A program made the position numbers and the translations under genes. Below, one piece after another: positions 8,838-17,799 of a DNA stretch of 64,000 nucleotides. The stretch lies in contig JBDKJD010000001.1 in NCBI GenBank assembly GCA_039796775.1, positions 5,874 to 69,873 of the forward strand. Reading direction: 5' to 3'. Numbering within the stretch: position 1 is the first letter of the stretch; every line of letters begins with the position of its first letter. Below the pieces are notes generated by a model that was given only the letters and a program-made list of their open reading frames with translations, ran no database searches and had not been told where the DNA came from. This DNA is from Candidatus Parcubacteria bacterium (GTDB lineage: Bacteria > Patescibacteriota > Minisyncoccia > Phycocordibacterales > UBA5272).

Positions 8838-10490
8838 TTAGTCAATAACGTTAACAACAAAACCTTCTTTTAGTCCTCTTGCGTCCTTTACTATAATTTC
8901 AGTCCCAGACAATCCTTCTAGGATTTCTATTTGATCCCCCGAGACCGCTCCTTCTTTCACAGCTACAGACTGAAGTGTGTTAGATGCATTAACAACGAAG
9001 ACATTTGCTCCGCTTGGTGTTAGTTTAAGCGCAGAGAGAGGGATAGATATTTTAAAAGTATTCCCTGCAGTGACTGGTTGAGGATTAGTATCTTTCAAGG
9101 CACTCGTTACCGATATTCTTACTGACTGACCATTAATCAATGTATTTTGATCTTTGATTATCCCTATACGTACTTCTATCTTTTTTGTGCGAGGATCAAT
9201 AGCTTGAGCTACTTTGGTAACTATCCCTTCAACAGATACTCCGTTAGAGGTAACAATTGTTGCCTTCGACCCTATCGCTATTCGTTTCGTGTCATCTTCA
9301 TTAATAAACGATACCACCTCTAAAGCTTTATTGTTAGAAACTATAGCAACTTGAGAAAATGCGCCAATATAATCTCCTGAATTTAATGAAAGAGAATTAA
9401 TAGTTCCAGTGATAGGACTTCGTATAATTGTTTTTTGATAACGAGCAAGAGCTGCGTTATATGCACCCAAAGCTTGCTTCACCTGGGCTTCTGCTTGAGC
9501 TATTGTTCCTGTAATATCGGCATTATTACCTGAAATTTGTGTAGCGGTTTGACTTGAGGTGAGAGCAGTGCGGGTGCTTATAGTTCCATTTATGGTGCCA
9601 GTCACACTTGATCTCACTCCTTGGACTACTGCTTTTTGCGTATCGATGAAGGTTTGATTGAAGGTGCTATCTGGTATCGCTTTATTGTATGCGAGAGATA
9701 GATTATCTAAATAATTTTTGACAGTATTGAGTTCTGCTATAACTGTTGTTAATTCTGCCTGTAAGTCACTTGATGTTGTGATTGTTTTATTTCTCTCGCT
9801 TCTTGAAACGATAAGATTCTCAAGAGATTTTCTCTGTTGTTCAAGATTAAGTACTAGTGAAGAATCTGGCACAGATAATAAGAATTTAGCTTCACTAAAA
9901 CGAGGATCTCTATATGCTATATCCGTCTTGCCTCGAATCGCATCATCCATTGTGGTATAAGCAGAATATAATGTATTAAGTGCCTGATTTTTGACATCAT
10001 TTAAACTATTGCCAGATTGAGCGCTGTTTAATTTAGCGATTTGAAGTGAAGCTTTAGCTTGTTCATACGCGCCTTCTGCTTGTAACGTCGAAGCCCTTTC
10101 TGCGCTATTCTCAAATTCTGCAATAATTTGACCAGCAACTACCTGATCTCCTATTTTTCTGTAGACACGTGTTAACTTACCTGAACTTTCAGAAAGAATT
10201 GTCGCTTCACTTACAGAGGTAACAGTACCAACAAGAGGTATATCTTTGCTGTCTGAAGATAATTCTAAGAGTGAAGCAACTTGGACAGAACGTACACGCT
10301 CAGACGCTACTGCTTCTTTTGAAGAAGTGCCACCAAAGACAGCTATAAGCACTCCTCCGATAAGCATTATCTCACAAGCGATGAGTGCGTATCCCTTTTT
10401 CTTTGGGAGCTCTTTGTGTAAACGTATTACTTCGTTATAACTTTTTTCTAAATGATAGCGTATCTTCTGTAGATGATCTGTAGTTGTCAT
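8838..10490 (-). CDS. Efflux periplasmic adaptor / membrane fusion protein (HlyD-like).
   Basis: It has an N-terminal transmembrane segment, long coiled-coil segments and a beta-barrel-like C terminus. It sits immediately upstream of the RND gene. Confidence 0.8.
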   Translation of the reverse strand: MTTTDHLQKIRYHLEKSYNEVIRLHKELPKKKGYALIACEIMLIGGVLIAVFGGTSSKEAVASERVRSVQVASLLELSSDSKDIPLVGTVTSVSEATILSESSGKLTRVYRKIGDQVVAGQIIAEFENSAERASTLQAEGAYEQAKASLQIAKLNSAQSGNSLNDVKNQALNTLYSAYTTMDDAIRGKTDIAYRDPRFSEAKFLLSVPDSSLVLNLEQQRKSLENLIVSRSERNKTITTSSDLQAELTTVIAELNTVKNYLDNLSLAYNKAIPDSTFNQTFIDTQKAVVQGVRSSVTGTINGTISTRTALTSSQTATQISGNNADITGTIAQAEAQVKQALGAYNAALARYQKTIIRSPITGTINSLSLNSGDYIGAFSQVAIVSNNKALEVVSFINEDDTKRIAIGSKATIVTSNGVSVEGIVTKVAQAIDPRTKKIEVRIGIIKDQNTLINGQSVRISVTSALKDTNPQPVTAGNTFKISIPLSALKLTPSGANVFVVNASNTLQSVAVKEGAVSGDQIEILEGLSGTEIIVKDARGLKEGFVVNVID

Positions 10491-10499
10491 GGTTTTGTT

Positions 10500-10976
10500 T
10501 TATGAAAGTTTTGTTAATAATGCGAGTAATTGCTTCTGCTCTTTATCTTTAAGAGGGGAGAGTGAGCGTTTGATTTCTTGGAGAATCACTTTCTCTGCTT
10601 GTGTGAATATTTCTTTTCCTAAAGGGGAGATGGTAATGATGTGAGTTTTTTTATTATTGCGAAGCTTCTCTTTTTTTAGTAATTTTTTTTGTTCTAATGT
10701 TTTGATATGTCTACTGACTGTTGCTTCTTTTATGTTAAGATGTTCAGCTAAGTCTTTTTGGGAGAAGGAATCTCTACAGGGGCTAAGGAAGCTGATAAGG
10801 ACAATATATTGCGAGAATGTAAGATTGGCATTCTTCACAACAAGAGTCTCCACTCTCTTTGTTACATCTTCATGAAAACGATGCATTTTATGCATCAATT
10901 CTCCAGATACTGTAGATAAGAGCAAGCAGGAATTAGGTTCTTGTTTTGTCTTTTTTGACACTACTTTTGTTGTCAT
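10500..10976 (-). CDS. MarR-family transcriptional regulator.
   Basis: A winged HTH is present (DLAEHLNIKEATVSRHIKTLEQKKLL). It is the first gene of the MFP-RND operon. Confidence 0.8.
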   Translation of the reverse strand: MTTKVVSKKTKQEPNSCLLLSTVSGELMHKMHRFHEDVTKRVETLVVKNANLTFSQYIVLISFLSPCRDSFSQKDLAEHLNIKEATVSRHIKTLEQKKLLKKEKLRNNKKTHIITISPLGKEIFTQAEKVILQEIKRSLSPLKDKEQKQLLALLTKLS

Positions 10977-10983
10977 GCATCTT

Positions 10984-11005
10984 TTATCTTAGCATGCTAA
11001 GATAA
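10984..11005. promoter_or_regulatory. Perfect 22-bp palindrome (ttatcttagca|tgctaagataa), a candidate MarR operator.
   Basis: It lies 8 nt upstream of the marR-like start codon. Confidence 0.45.
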
Positions 11006-11136
11006 AAAAGTGAATAAGTACACACAATAACTTCAGTGCAAAGGACAGTCTGTGTCGCTCTATAGAATCTAAACAAAAGAACCCGCTTGGTGGGTTCTTT
11101 TGTTTTTATCTTACTCTAAAGATGATGATTCGATAC

Positions 11137-12804
11137 TTATGCCAATCTAAAGCCGAGATACTTTTTCTTTTTTAAGACAATTATCACACATATCATACTT
11201 ATTAACACAAGACCTGAACTCACAAGATAGAGAATTGTCGAATTCTGATACAACAATTCATAATAAAAACTAAATGCAGCCATGCTAGCAACTAGAAGTG
11301 TGGTTAACGTGAAGAATAGTCCTTGCCCTGTAGTGCTTATGAGCTCAGGTTCATCACTTTCTAAGCTAGGGAATAACGCACCGAGCGACAATGCGAAACT
11401 CACAATAAAAAACACAGTACTTAAGAAGAGTAGATAAAAATCAAAAGAGAGTTTTAATCCAAACTGAAGTACAATACTATTAACGAGACTCATCACGAAC
11501 CCTAGACACAAGAAAACAACAGAGAAGAATACTAGTTTGCCAATAAAGATTTTGTTGTAGGCTATAGGGGCTGTTCCTAATATCCAAAGTGTTTTCTTCT
11601 CTACACTAAAACTAGGAAACACGAATCTGAGTGCGAACGCTGCCACAAAGTACATCGCTATCACGAATTGAAATGCTTGGAGAAATGCAGTCTTAGAAGA
11701 TATGTCTGTACCGTCTGTCACCACAGAATCACTCACTGAAACAATAACAGCTATTTGTATAATCCATAATCCAAATAAAAACAAAAACCAGAGAACTCCC
11801 TTAGTATTTCTCATAAAAGATGTTATTTCTTTTACAAAGAGAAGCGATGTAGTACCTCGCACATGATTAAATAGAGTAGATGTTGTATCTGCGCCTTTCT
11901 TTAATTTTTCTTGAAATGACAATAAGAGATCATGGTGGAATCTAGTTGCCAGAATATAGATAAAGATGGAAACCACTGCGATACCCACAATAGCTACAAT
12001 ATTGTTCCAACTCATTGATAAGGCATATTGCCACTCTAGGAACATTGTTGAGATAAGAGAGCTTGGTGAGAGATAAAAGTATGATGTTATGTCAAGAAGT
12101 GTGACAGGAGTATCTCCCTCGGCTGATTTAAAAATAGTAAGAATTTTCAAATTTTTGATACTTGCATACACGGTCATCATAAGCCCAAGAACCAAAGCTC
12201 CAATAATCACAACAAAATGAGCGAAATTAGCTTTTCTTTTAAAGAGCGTAGTTATACTCATATAACATTTCCCAATTAAAAATATGCTCGCATGTGACAG
12301 AGCGACACTTATTATGAGCAATACTACGAGTATGAACATAGCCAATAAAACTTGGAGGAGTGACAGAGAGTGTACTTTGTCAAACGCTACAATAGCTGGA
12401 ACAAAAAGGATGAGGAACGGTAACATGCTCGCTCCCACCCCTTTGGTAAAATGATGATAGGGAAAATCTCTAAAAGAAGGCGAGGCGAGTAACCATTCAT
12501 TTCGTCGTGTTGAAAAAAGTGAGAACATGCCACTTATAAGAGCACTCGTGCACATCAACAAAAACAATACGAGGAAGAACATGTTATAGAGGAACAAAAG
12601 AAGTGGCTGACGTATCAATTCTTCTTCTATTTGAATGTCAACATATCTAAGTCCAGAAACAATAAAAGCGTAGATCAAACTACCGATACTTAAGAATAGT
12701 GCTACGAAGAGTCCTGTAGTGACTGTCTTAGCAAGCGTATTTGTTTTAAAATAAGCTCCTGTCTTTTTGTATTGAAAAACAAGAAAGGGAATAAGGGTAT
12801 TCAT
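11137..12804 (-). CDS. ABC transporter permease, a large polytopic ABC-2-like protein.
   Basis: It is 555 aa with more than 10 hydrophobic segments and is co-oriented with the ATPase gene upstream. Confidence 0.75.
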   Translation of the reverse strand: MNTLIPFLVFQYKKTGAYFKTNTLAKTVTTGLFVALFLSIGSLIYAFIVSGLRYVDIQIEEELIRQPLLLFLYNMFFLVLFLLMCTSALISGMFSLFSTRRNEWLLASPSFRDFPYHHFTKGVGASMLPFLILFVPAIVAFDKVHSLSLLQVLLAMFILVVLLIISVALSHASIFLIGKCYMSITTLFKRKANFAHFVVIIGALVLGLMMTVYASIKNLKILTIFKSAEGDTPVTLLDITSYFYLSPSSLISTMFLEWQYALSMSWNNIVAIVGIAVVSIFIYILATRFHHDLLLSFQEKLKKGADTTSTLFNHVRGTTSLLFVKEITSFMRNTKGVLWFLFLFGLWIIQIAVIVSVSDSVVTDGTDISSKTAFLQAFQFVIAMYFVAAFALRFVFPSFSVEKKTLWILGTAPIAYNKIFIGKLVFFSVVFLCLGFVMSLVNSIVLQFGLKLSFDFYLLFLSTVFFIVSFALSLGALFPSLESDEPELISTTGQGLFFTLTTLLVASMAAFSFYYELLYQNSTILYLVSSGLVLISMICVIIVLKKKKYLGFRLA

Positions 12805-12816
12805 AGTTAATTCTAT

Positions 12817-13545
12817 TTATGACTGAAGCACGAGCGAGTCGTACACTTCTTCAAGCGATGTATCATCTCCCAGCTTTGCTTTTTCTCTTAATTCTTGTAA
12901 CGTGCCAACCGCTATCAATTCTCCGTATTTCAGCACTCCTATTTTCGTCGCTATTTCTTCAGCAACTTTGAGTGTGTGAGTGACGAGTAGTACAGCGCCT
13001 CCACTTTTAGCATGGTTCACGAATAATTGCTTTGCGATCTTAGCTCCCTCTGGATCCAATCCAACAATAGGTTCGTCTATTACGAGAAGTTCTGGATCAT
13101 GAGAAATAGCAGACAGGATACTAAACTTTTGTTTATTCCCTCGAGAGTAGTCATCAAAATAATTATTCTCTATGCCGTTTAAGTGAAAGATGGGGAGTAA
13201 TTCTGTTATTTTCTTTTCTCGTTTTATCTGTGGCACCTTAAAGAAGGTCTGCATCATGAGTAGAAATTCCTTTCCGGTCATATATGACCAAATAGAAGGC
13301 TCGTCCGGTATATATCCAATATGAGACTTTGTCTTTTCTCCTTCTTTGACAACATCGTGACCAAGCACAGTAATTGTTCCACTTGTTGGCTCCAATAATC
13401 CCAAAATACTTTTCACAATAGTTGTTTTACCAGAACTGTTCGGTCCGATGAGAGCGAATATTTCTCCCTTTTTTATTTCAAAACTAACAGAAGATACCGC
13501 TTTGTTGTCTCCAAATTTTTTTGTAAGATTATGTACTTGTAGCAT
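12817..13545 (-). CDS. ABC transporter ATP-binding protein.
   Basis: Walker A (GPNSSGKTT), the signature motif (YSRGNKQK) and Walker B (LLVIDEP) are present. Confidence 0.9.
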   Translation of the reverse strand: MLQVHNLTKKFGDNKAVSSVSFEIKKGEIFALIGPNSSGKTTIVKSILGLLEPTSGTITVLGHDVVKEGEKTKSHIGYIPDEPSIWSYMTGKEFLLMMQTFFKVPQIKREKKITELLPIFHLNGIENNYFDDYSRGNKQKFSILSAISHDPELLVIDEPIVGLDPEGAKIAKQLFVNHAKSGGAVLLVTHTLKVAEEIATKIGVLKYGELIAVGTLQELREKAKLGDDTSLEEVYDSLVLQS

Positions 13546-13655
13546 ATGTTGTTAAGTATATGTAGCGTGCTAAGAATAGCAAGGGAAAGACTATAACAAA
13601 AACTACCAACATACTTTGTCCACTGAATTAACTTTATAGAAAGTCGAAAGGTCTT

Positions 13656-14609
13656 TTATTCTTCTTGAATCTTAAGTACAACATTCCCTACTTTTTTCTT
13701 ACTATCGACAAGTTGATACGCTTTAGCGACTTCGTCTATAGTGAACGTTTTATTAATAACAGGATGGATCACACCTTTGGTATAGAGTGAAGATATGATT
13801 AAAAATTGCTCAGAGGTTACCCTCGCTGTCCCAATAATAACTTTATATTTTTTGATAAAAAGACTTTGCAGCATTTCTTTAATCAACCCCGAGAGGAGAA
13901 TAATAACACCTCCTTCTTTGGTCAGCAGATGAATACTCTTCACAGGTATAACGTTTACGCAGTCTATTACTACATCATACTTTATACCAAGAGATAGGAT
14001 ATCAGTCTTTGTATAATCAAATACCATATCTGCTCCCAATTGAGTCATCAGTTCTACATTATCAGTACTTGTAACCGCGGTTACAAGAGCACCCCTGTCT
14101 TTTGAAAGTTGCAAAAAGGACACACCAACAGCCCCTGAAGCACCATTAATAAAAACCGTTTTATTGGCAAGATCTACACCCTCAAGAAAGTGTAAAGCGG
14201 TAGTAAAACCAAAAGGAAGTGCCGCTGCGTCAACATAACTCATTTTCTCCGGGATTTTACCCATTGGGGTAGTGTTATTAATAACCAAGTATTCAGCATG
14301 GCAGCCCACAAAATTTTCAGTCATTCCGTAGACACGATCACCAACAGTATATGTGGACACATTAGCTCCAATCTCTTCTACGATTCCAGAAAAGTTAGCA
14401 CCCAAAATACGCTTACGTGGACCCATAAAACCAAACACCAGTCGCACAAACCAAGGATCAGCTCTTCTTAACCTTGCGTCTCCACTGTTAACGCCAGCTG
14501 CTATTATCTTAATACGTAACTGATTTGGTTTTGTGATTATTGGCTCTTCTATATTTTTTACTTGAGCAACTTCTGGTCCACCATATTTTTCTACAATAAC
14601 TGCCTTCAT
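13656..14609 (-). CDS. Zinc-type alcohol dehydrogenase / quinone oxidoreductase-like protein of the MDR superfamily.
   Basis: It starts MKAVIVEKYGGPEVAQVKN and carries GASGAVG. The start was moved to the internal ATG at 14609, because the track ORF extends through a non-homologous N-terminal leader. Confidence 0.8.
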   Translation of the reverse strand: MKAVIVEKYGGPEVAQVKNIEEPIITKPNQLRIKIIAAGVNSGDARLRRADPWFVRLVFGFMGPRKRILGANFSGIVEEIGANVSTYTVGDRVYGMTENFVGCHAEYLVINNTTPMGKIPEKMSYVDAAALPFGFTTALHFLEGVDLANKTVFINGASGAVGVSFLQLSKDRGALVTAVTSTDNVELMTQLGADMVFDYTKTDILSLGIKYDVVIDCVNVIPVKSIHLLTKEGGVIILLSGLIKEMLQSLFIKKYKVIIGTARVTSEQFLIISSLYTKGVIHPVINKTFTIDEVAKAYQLVDSKKKVGNVVLKIQEE

Positions 14610-14668
14610 ACAATGCAGTTTACAGTATTTATTTTTCATCTCAAAGATTACTGAAGAAAATAAGTTAT

Positions 14669-14700
14669 AAAAAAAGAAATGCCAGCTCCGCGGAGCTGGC
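14669..14700 (-). terminator. Rho-independent terminator on the minus strand.
   Basis: gccagctcc-gcg-gagctggc is followed on the minus strand by atttcttttttta. Confidence 0.5.
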
Positions 14701-14965
14701 ATTTGGACGAGTATTCGGCTAACCTTTACAGAGGTTCTCGTTCGCGCGATTTGTGTCAAAATAGGGTTTTATTGCCTAAAGACATCTTAATGTTATCAAA
14801 CATGAGAAGAGGAAGTCAATAAGTCGACTTACTCCTTAGTTGCAACATCTCGTGTAAAGAAGTAAGTTAGCCAGAGGGAAGTATGAGAATGCGGTGAGTG
14901 CATAAAAAGAAATCCACTGAATCACGCTGACCTTTCTTAATAAAATAAATTATCAACTTATACTA

Positions 14966-14974
14966 TGGTATAAT
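14966..14974 (+). promoter_or_regulatory. Extended -10 promoter element (TGgTATAAT).
   Basis: A perfect TGnTATAAT lies ~16 nt upstream of the ATG at 14990. Confidence 0.4.
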
Positions 14975-14989
14975 TACGTAAACAAAACT

Positions 14990-15180
14990 ATGGGGAAAGT
15001 TATACCATTTAGTCCAGAAGGAAGAAAAAAATACTTGATACTGAATCTGAAGTAAACGATACAGCTTCAAAAGATTCTAATGAACCTAAAGTTACGGGCC
15101 ACAAAAAGGCAATTGAAGAACTTTGTCAGATAATGAAACCGGGACAAGACTTTGCAAATGCGGTTCTGCGCTATTTGTGA
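14990..15180 (+). pseudogene. Small ORF interrupted at an A7 run; with one extra A it would encode a 63-aa protein.
   Basis: MGKVIPFSPEGRKK stops after 21 aa. The adjacent frame continues ..LDTESEVNDTASKDSNEPKVTGHKKAIEELCQIMKPGQDFANAVLRYL to a TGA at 15178-15180. Confidence 0.3.
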
Positions 15181-15220
15181 CCTTTGCGTAAAACGCTGTT
15201 GCCAGGTCACGTGCAATGAA

Positions 15221-15252
15221 AGCCACGGGGTCAGTTAGGGTGACAATTTAGG
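15221..15252 (+). repeat. Imperfect inverted copy of the tRNA-Asn 3' end and flank (gccacggggtCAGTTAGGGtgaca versus the minus-strand tRNA end cccacggagcCAGTTAGGGgtac).
   Basis: About 18 of 24 positions match, including an exact 9-mer. It is a candidate boundary or recombination site for the integrated element. Confidence 0.35.
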
Positions 15253-15309
15253 TCCAAATGGTACACAGGTTCAGAACTTTTAATTGGGCTAATGTAAAAA
15301 ATAGTTTTC

Positions 15310-15942
15310 TTACACAGAGTCCTCAATAACTTCTTTTGGTGACCCTAACGCCTTTGATGAACGCCAACGAAACGATCTTTCGAAAAAACCAGTCACTTCT
15401 TCAAAAATTGAATTAACATCGGATTCCGTTATCTCTTCCAAAATTTCTTCTGGATGAAGAACCTCATTTCGTGTGATTCTTGTTATTGTTCCATTAGAAA
15501 ACTGATCTTTATCTATTATATTCTTTTCATAGAGAAGTTCTAATCTTTTAAAAAGACTTAACTTTTTTTCTCCAGGGTTTTTAATCAAAGAATTAACATG
15601 GGCTTCTAGAAGTACACCACATAAAGCAACAACACTTCTATTTAAACTTGCTGACTTAGCTTTAAGTAGCTCCATATAAGTATCTTTATAGTTGTCAGGT
15701 AACCATGAAGGGATAGTGCCTACATACTCTTTTGGGAAAACTGATTTTAGATTTCTTGTTCCATTTATTCCATTAGTGTACTCAGCAACAATCACATGCC
15801 CACCCGGGCAGTAAAGAGTTTCAATACTTATGCCATTTCTTGGAGTAAAGCTAGACCTTACCTCAAAATAGCTATCCTTTCCACACCTACTACACGTCCC
15901 AGACCAAGTTGCTTGCTGGGTATTAAATTGTATTTCTTGCAT
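15310..15942 (-). CDS. Protein with an N-terminal zinc ribbon and a C-terminal DUF4145-like helical domain.
   Basis: The N terminus has CSRCG...CPGGH. The C terminus (..LFKRLELLYEKNIIDKDQFSNGTITRITRNEVLHPEE..) matches the DUF4145 pattern as I recall it. Confidence 0.5.
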   Translation of the reverse strand: MQEIQFNTQQATWSGTCSRCGKDSYFEVRSSFTPRNGISIETLYCPGGHVIVAEYTNGINGTRNLKSVFPKEYVGTIPSWLPDNYKDTYMELLKAKSASLNRSVVALCGVLLEAHVNSLIKNPGEKKLSLFKRLELLYEKNIIDKDQFSNGTITRITRNEVLHPEEILEEITESDVNSIFEEVTGFFERSFRWRSSKALGSPKEVIEDSV

Positions 15943-16139
15943 TTAAGATATTCACAGTTAAATTTTATAAGACTGTAAAAAAGATATAAATCATGATAGA
16001 GTTAAGTTAGTTAAACTAAAATATATGATCACAAGACTTCTGTTGTCGCAGGGGTCTTGTTTTCTTTTCTACAATTCAAGTGTACACAATGTAAGGTAAA
16101 AGCCATTATTTTTGTCTTATACAAGAGTGTCAATAGTTT

Positions 16140-16193
16140 GACTTGACGTCAAGTCTGTTGCATATATAATAAACCTTTATCCTATAAAGGTTT
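16140..16193. promoter_or_regulatory. Two palindromes: gacttgacgtcaagtc (16 bp, perfect) and aaaccttta-N5-taaaggttt.
   Basis: They lie in the spacer between the DUF4145 and DUF559 genes and are candidate protein-binding sites. Confidence 0.3.
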
Positions 16194-16330
16194 ATAGTGA
16201 AAGATCGCAAATCGATGTACTTCAGCGTTAACTAAAAGTATTTCCTATTTATGGTAATCCACATGTACCTTACCTCCAAGGATGTCTTTTGGTTTATGAC
16301 GCTCATCTTTAACCACAGAAACATAATGTT

Positions 16331-16681
16331 TTAGTGGTTATTTGAGATAACCTTTACTATCGCTTCTGCAATCTCTTTTGCATGTGTTTCCACTAGTATA
16401 TTCGGTATATGTTTTACAAAAATATCTTCCTTGTTTGAAAAGTAGTCTCTATGAAAATCTGCATCTATTTGTGATGCGTTAAGGTAATGCTGCGCCCCAT
16501 CAATTTCAAGAGCAATCTTTGCCTTTGGTATATAAATATCAATATGTTTGTGTCCATCCCAGTATTCAAGTTCTAGATCAACACCAAGTGCTTTAAGCTC
16601 ACTTGCTAGTAATAATGCTTGAGGTGTTGATTGTATTAGTGGCATAAAAAATAAACAACTGAAATACAAAAAGCCCACCAC
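16331..16681 (-). CDS. DUF559 / endonuclease-domain protein.
   Basis: KIALEIDGAQHY...DADFHRDYF...VKHIPN fits the DUF559 restriction-endonuclease-like fold pattern. Confidence 0.55.
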   Translation of the reverse strand: MVGFLYFSCLFFMPLIQSTPQALLLASELKALGVDLELEYWDGHKHIDIYIPKAKIALEIDGAQHYLNASQIDADFHRDYFSNKEDIFVKHIPNILVETHAKEIAEAIVKVISNNH

Positions 16682-16880
16682 GTGAGTGAGAGCTTACGCC
16701 CTCCATACCCGTTTCCAGGTACGGCCGTTCAAGACAAATCCCACATGATGGGTTTTTTATTTTGAACGGGCTTTTCACCATGCCAATATTGCTATTGGTT
16801 TAGGCTACTTGTATTCAGTTGTATCTATATAATAACGTAGAAAATGACAAAATAAAAGAAATTAAGTAGTATACAGGGCA

Positions 16881-17792
16881 ATGGAGGCTAGTAAAATTAA
16901 AACTGAATTGGAACAACTCTATAGCTTGATTCCTGAAAAAATAAAGAGAGAAGCTGAACCTCCTCTTGATTTTGCCGTCGAAAAACCGATAGATTTTCTT
17001 CGTACCTTATATAACTATGTCGACTATATTAAGAACAAGGAGTTACTACAAAAAATAATTACTGTAGAAAAAGAAAGAAAAGCGCAAGAGTTAATTAAGC
17101 TTGCAAAATCTTCCATGGAGTCTAGACACGCTCATGAACATTTTGATATCTTTCAAGATCATATCAAGGAAGAAAAAAGAAACAACGATGAGGTTGATCA
17201 AGATCCAATTTATAACTACGGGCTTCTTCTTGATGCATATGAATCTTTTGAAATAATTAAAGATTTAAAAACAGAAGAGGAAATGCGCAAATTTCCAATC
17301 GTACTAAAACGAGAATCGCCATACGGTAACTCCACAAGTAATTTTTATGGGTATGGATTATTAAACCTGGCCATGTTCAGATACCCTGAACCAGGGCATC
17401 TTCACATTTTTTTACTTAACGCGCTAAATGAACTTGAAAGAGGAAAACCATTAAACAAATATCTTGAATATGATAATGAAAATGGTGTTTTATATTTTAA
17501 TGATCAAGTAATAAAAATACGGGTTAAAAATTCACCGACAGTAGGCGCACACCTACTCCTACAATACCTTGTTAAGAATAAGCCATTTGAAAAGCATGGT
17601 TATTATGAGTTCAATGATAACAATGTTTTTCTTGATGAAAAATCAGCAAAAGCATGTCTACACATTTGTAACGATATTCAAAAAAAAGTTTTGGAAAATA
17701 CTGGAATACCTGACTTTTTGGATTACAACACCGGAGAAGATATGTATGTTCGAATTAATCCAAAACATTCTTTAAATATAACCGACAAATAA
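16881..17792 (+). CDS. Hypothetical protein of 303 aa.
   Basis: It is a long ORF with a hairpin terminator (ccgacat...atgtcgg) immediately downstream. Confidence 0.5.
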   Translation: MEASKIKTELEQLYSLIPEKIKREAEPPLDFAVEKPIDFLRTLYNYVDYIKNKELLQKIITVEKERKAQELIKLAKSSMESRHAHEHFDIFQDHIKEEKRNNDEVDQDPIYNYGLLLDAYESFEIIKDLKTEEEMRKFPIVLKRESPYGNSTSNFYGYGLLNLAMFRYPEPGHLHIFLLNALNELERGKPLNKYLEYDNENGVLYFNDQVIKIRVKNSPTVGAHLLLQYLVKNKPFEKHGYYEFNDNNVFLDEKSAKACLHICNDIQKKVLENTGIPDFLDYNTGEDMYVRINPKHSLNITDK

Positions 17793-17799
17793 CCATTCC

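Noticed and set aside
5746-8841. Five plus-strand ORFs (5746-5985, 6055-6279, 7324-7548, 7582-8061, 8419-8841) inside the RND transporter gene.
   Set aside because: They are antisense shadow ORFs with low-complexity Ser/Thr/Ile-rich translations. The minus-strand RND gene is unambiguous.
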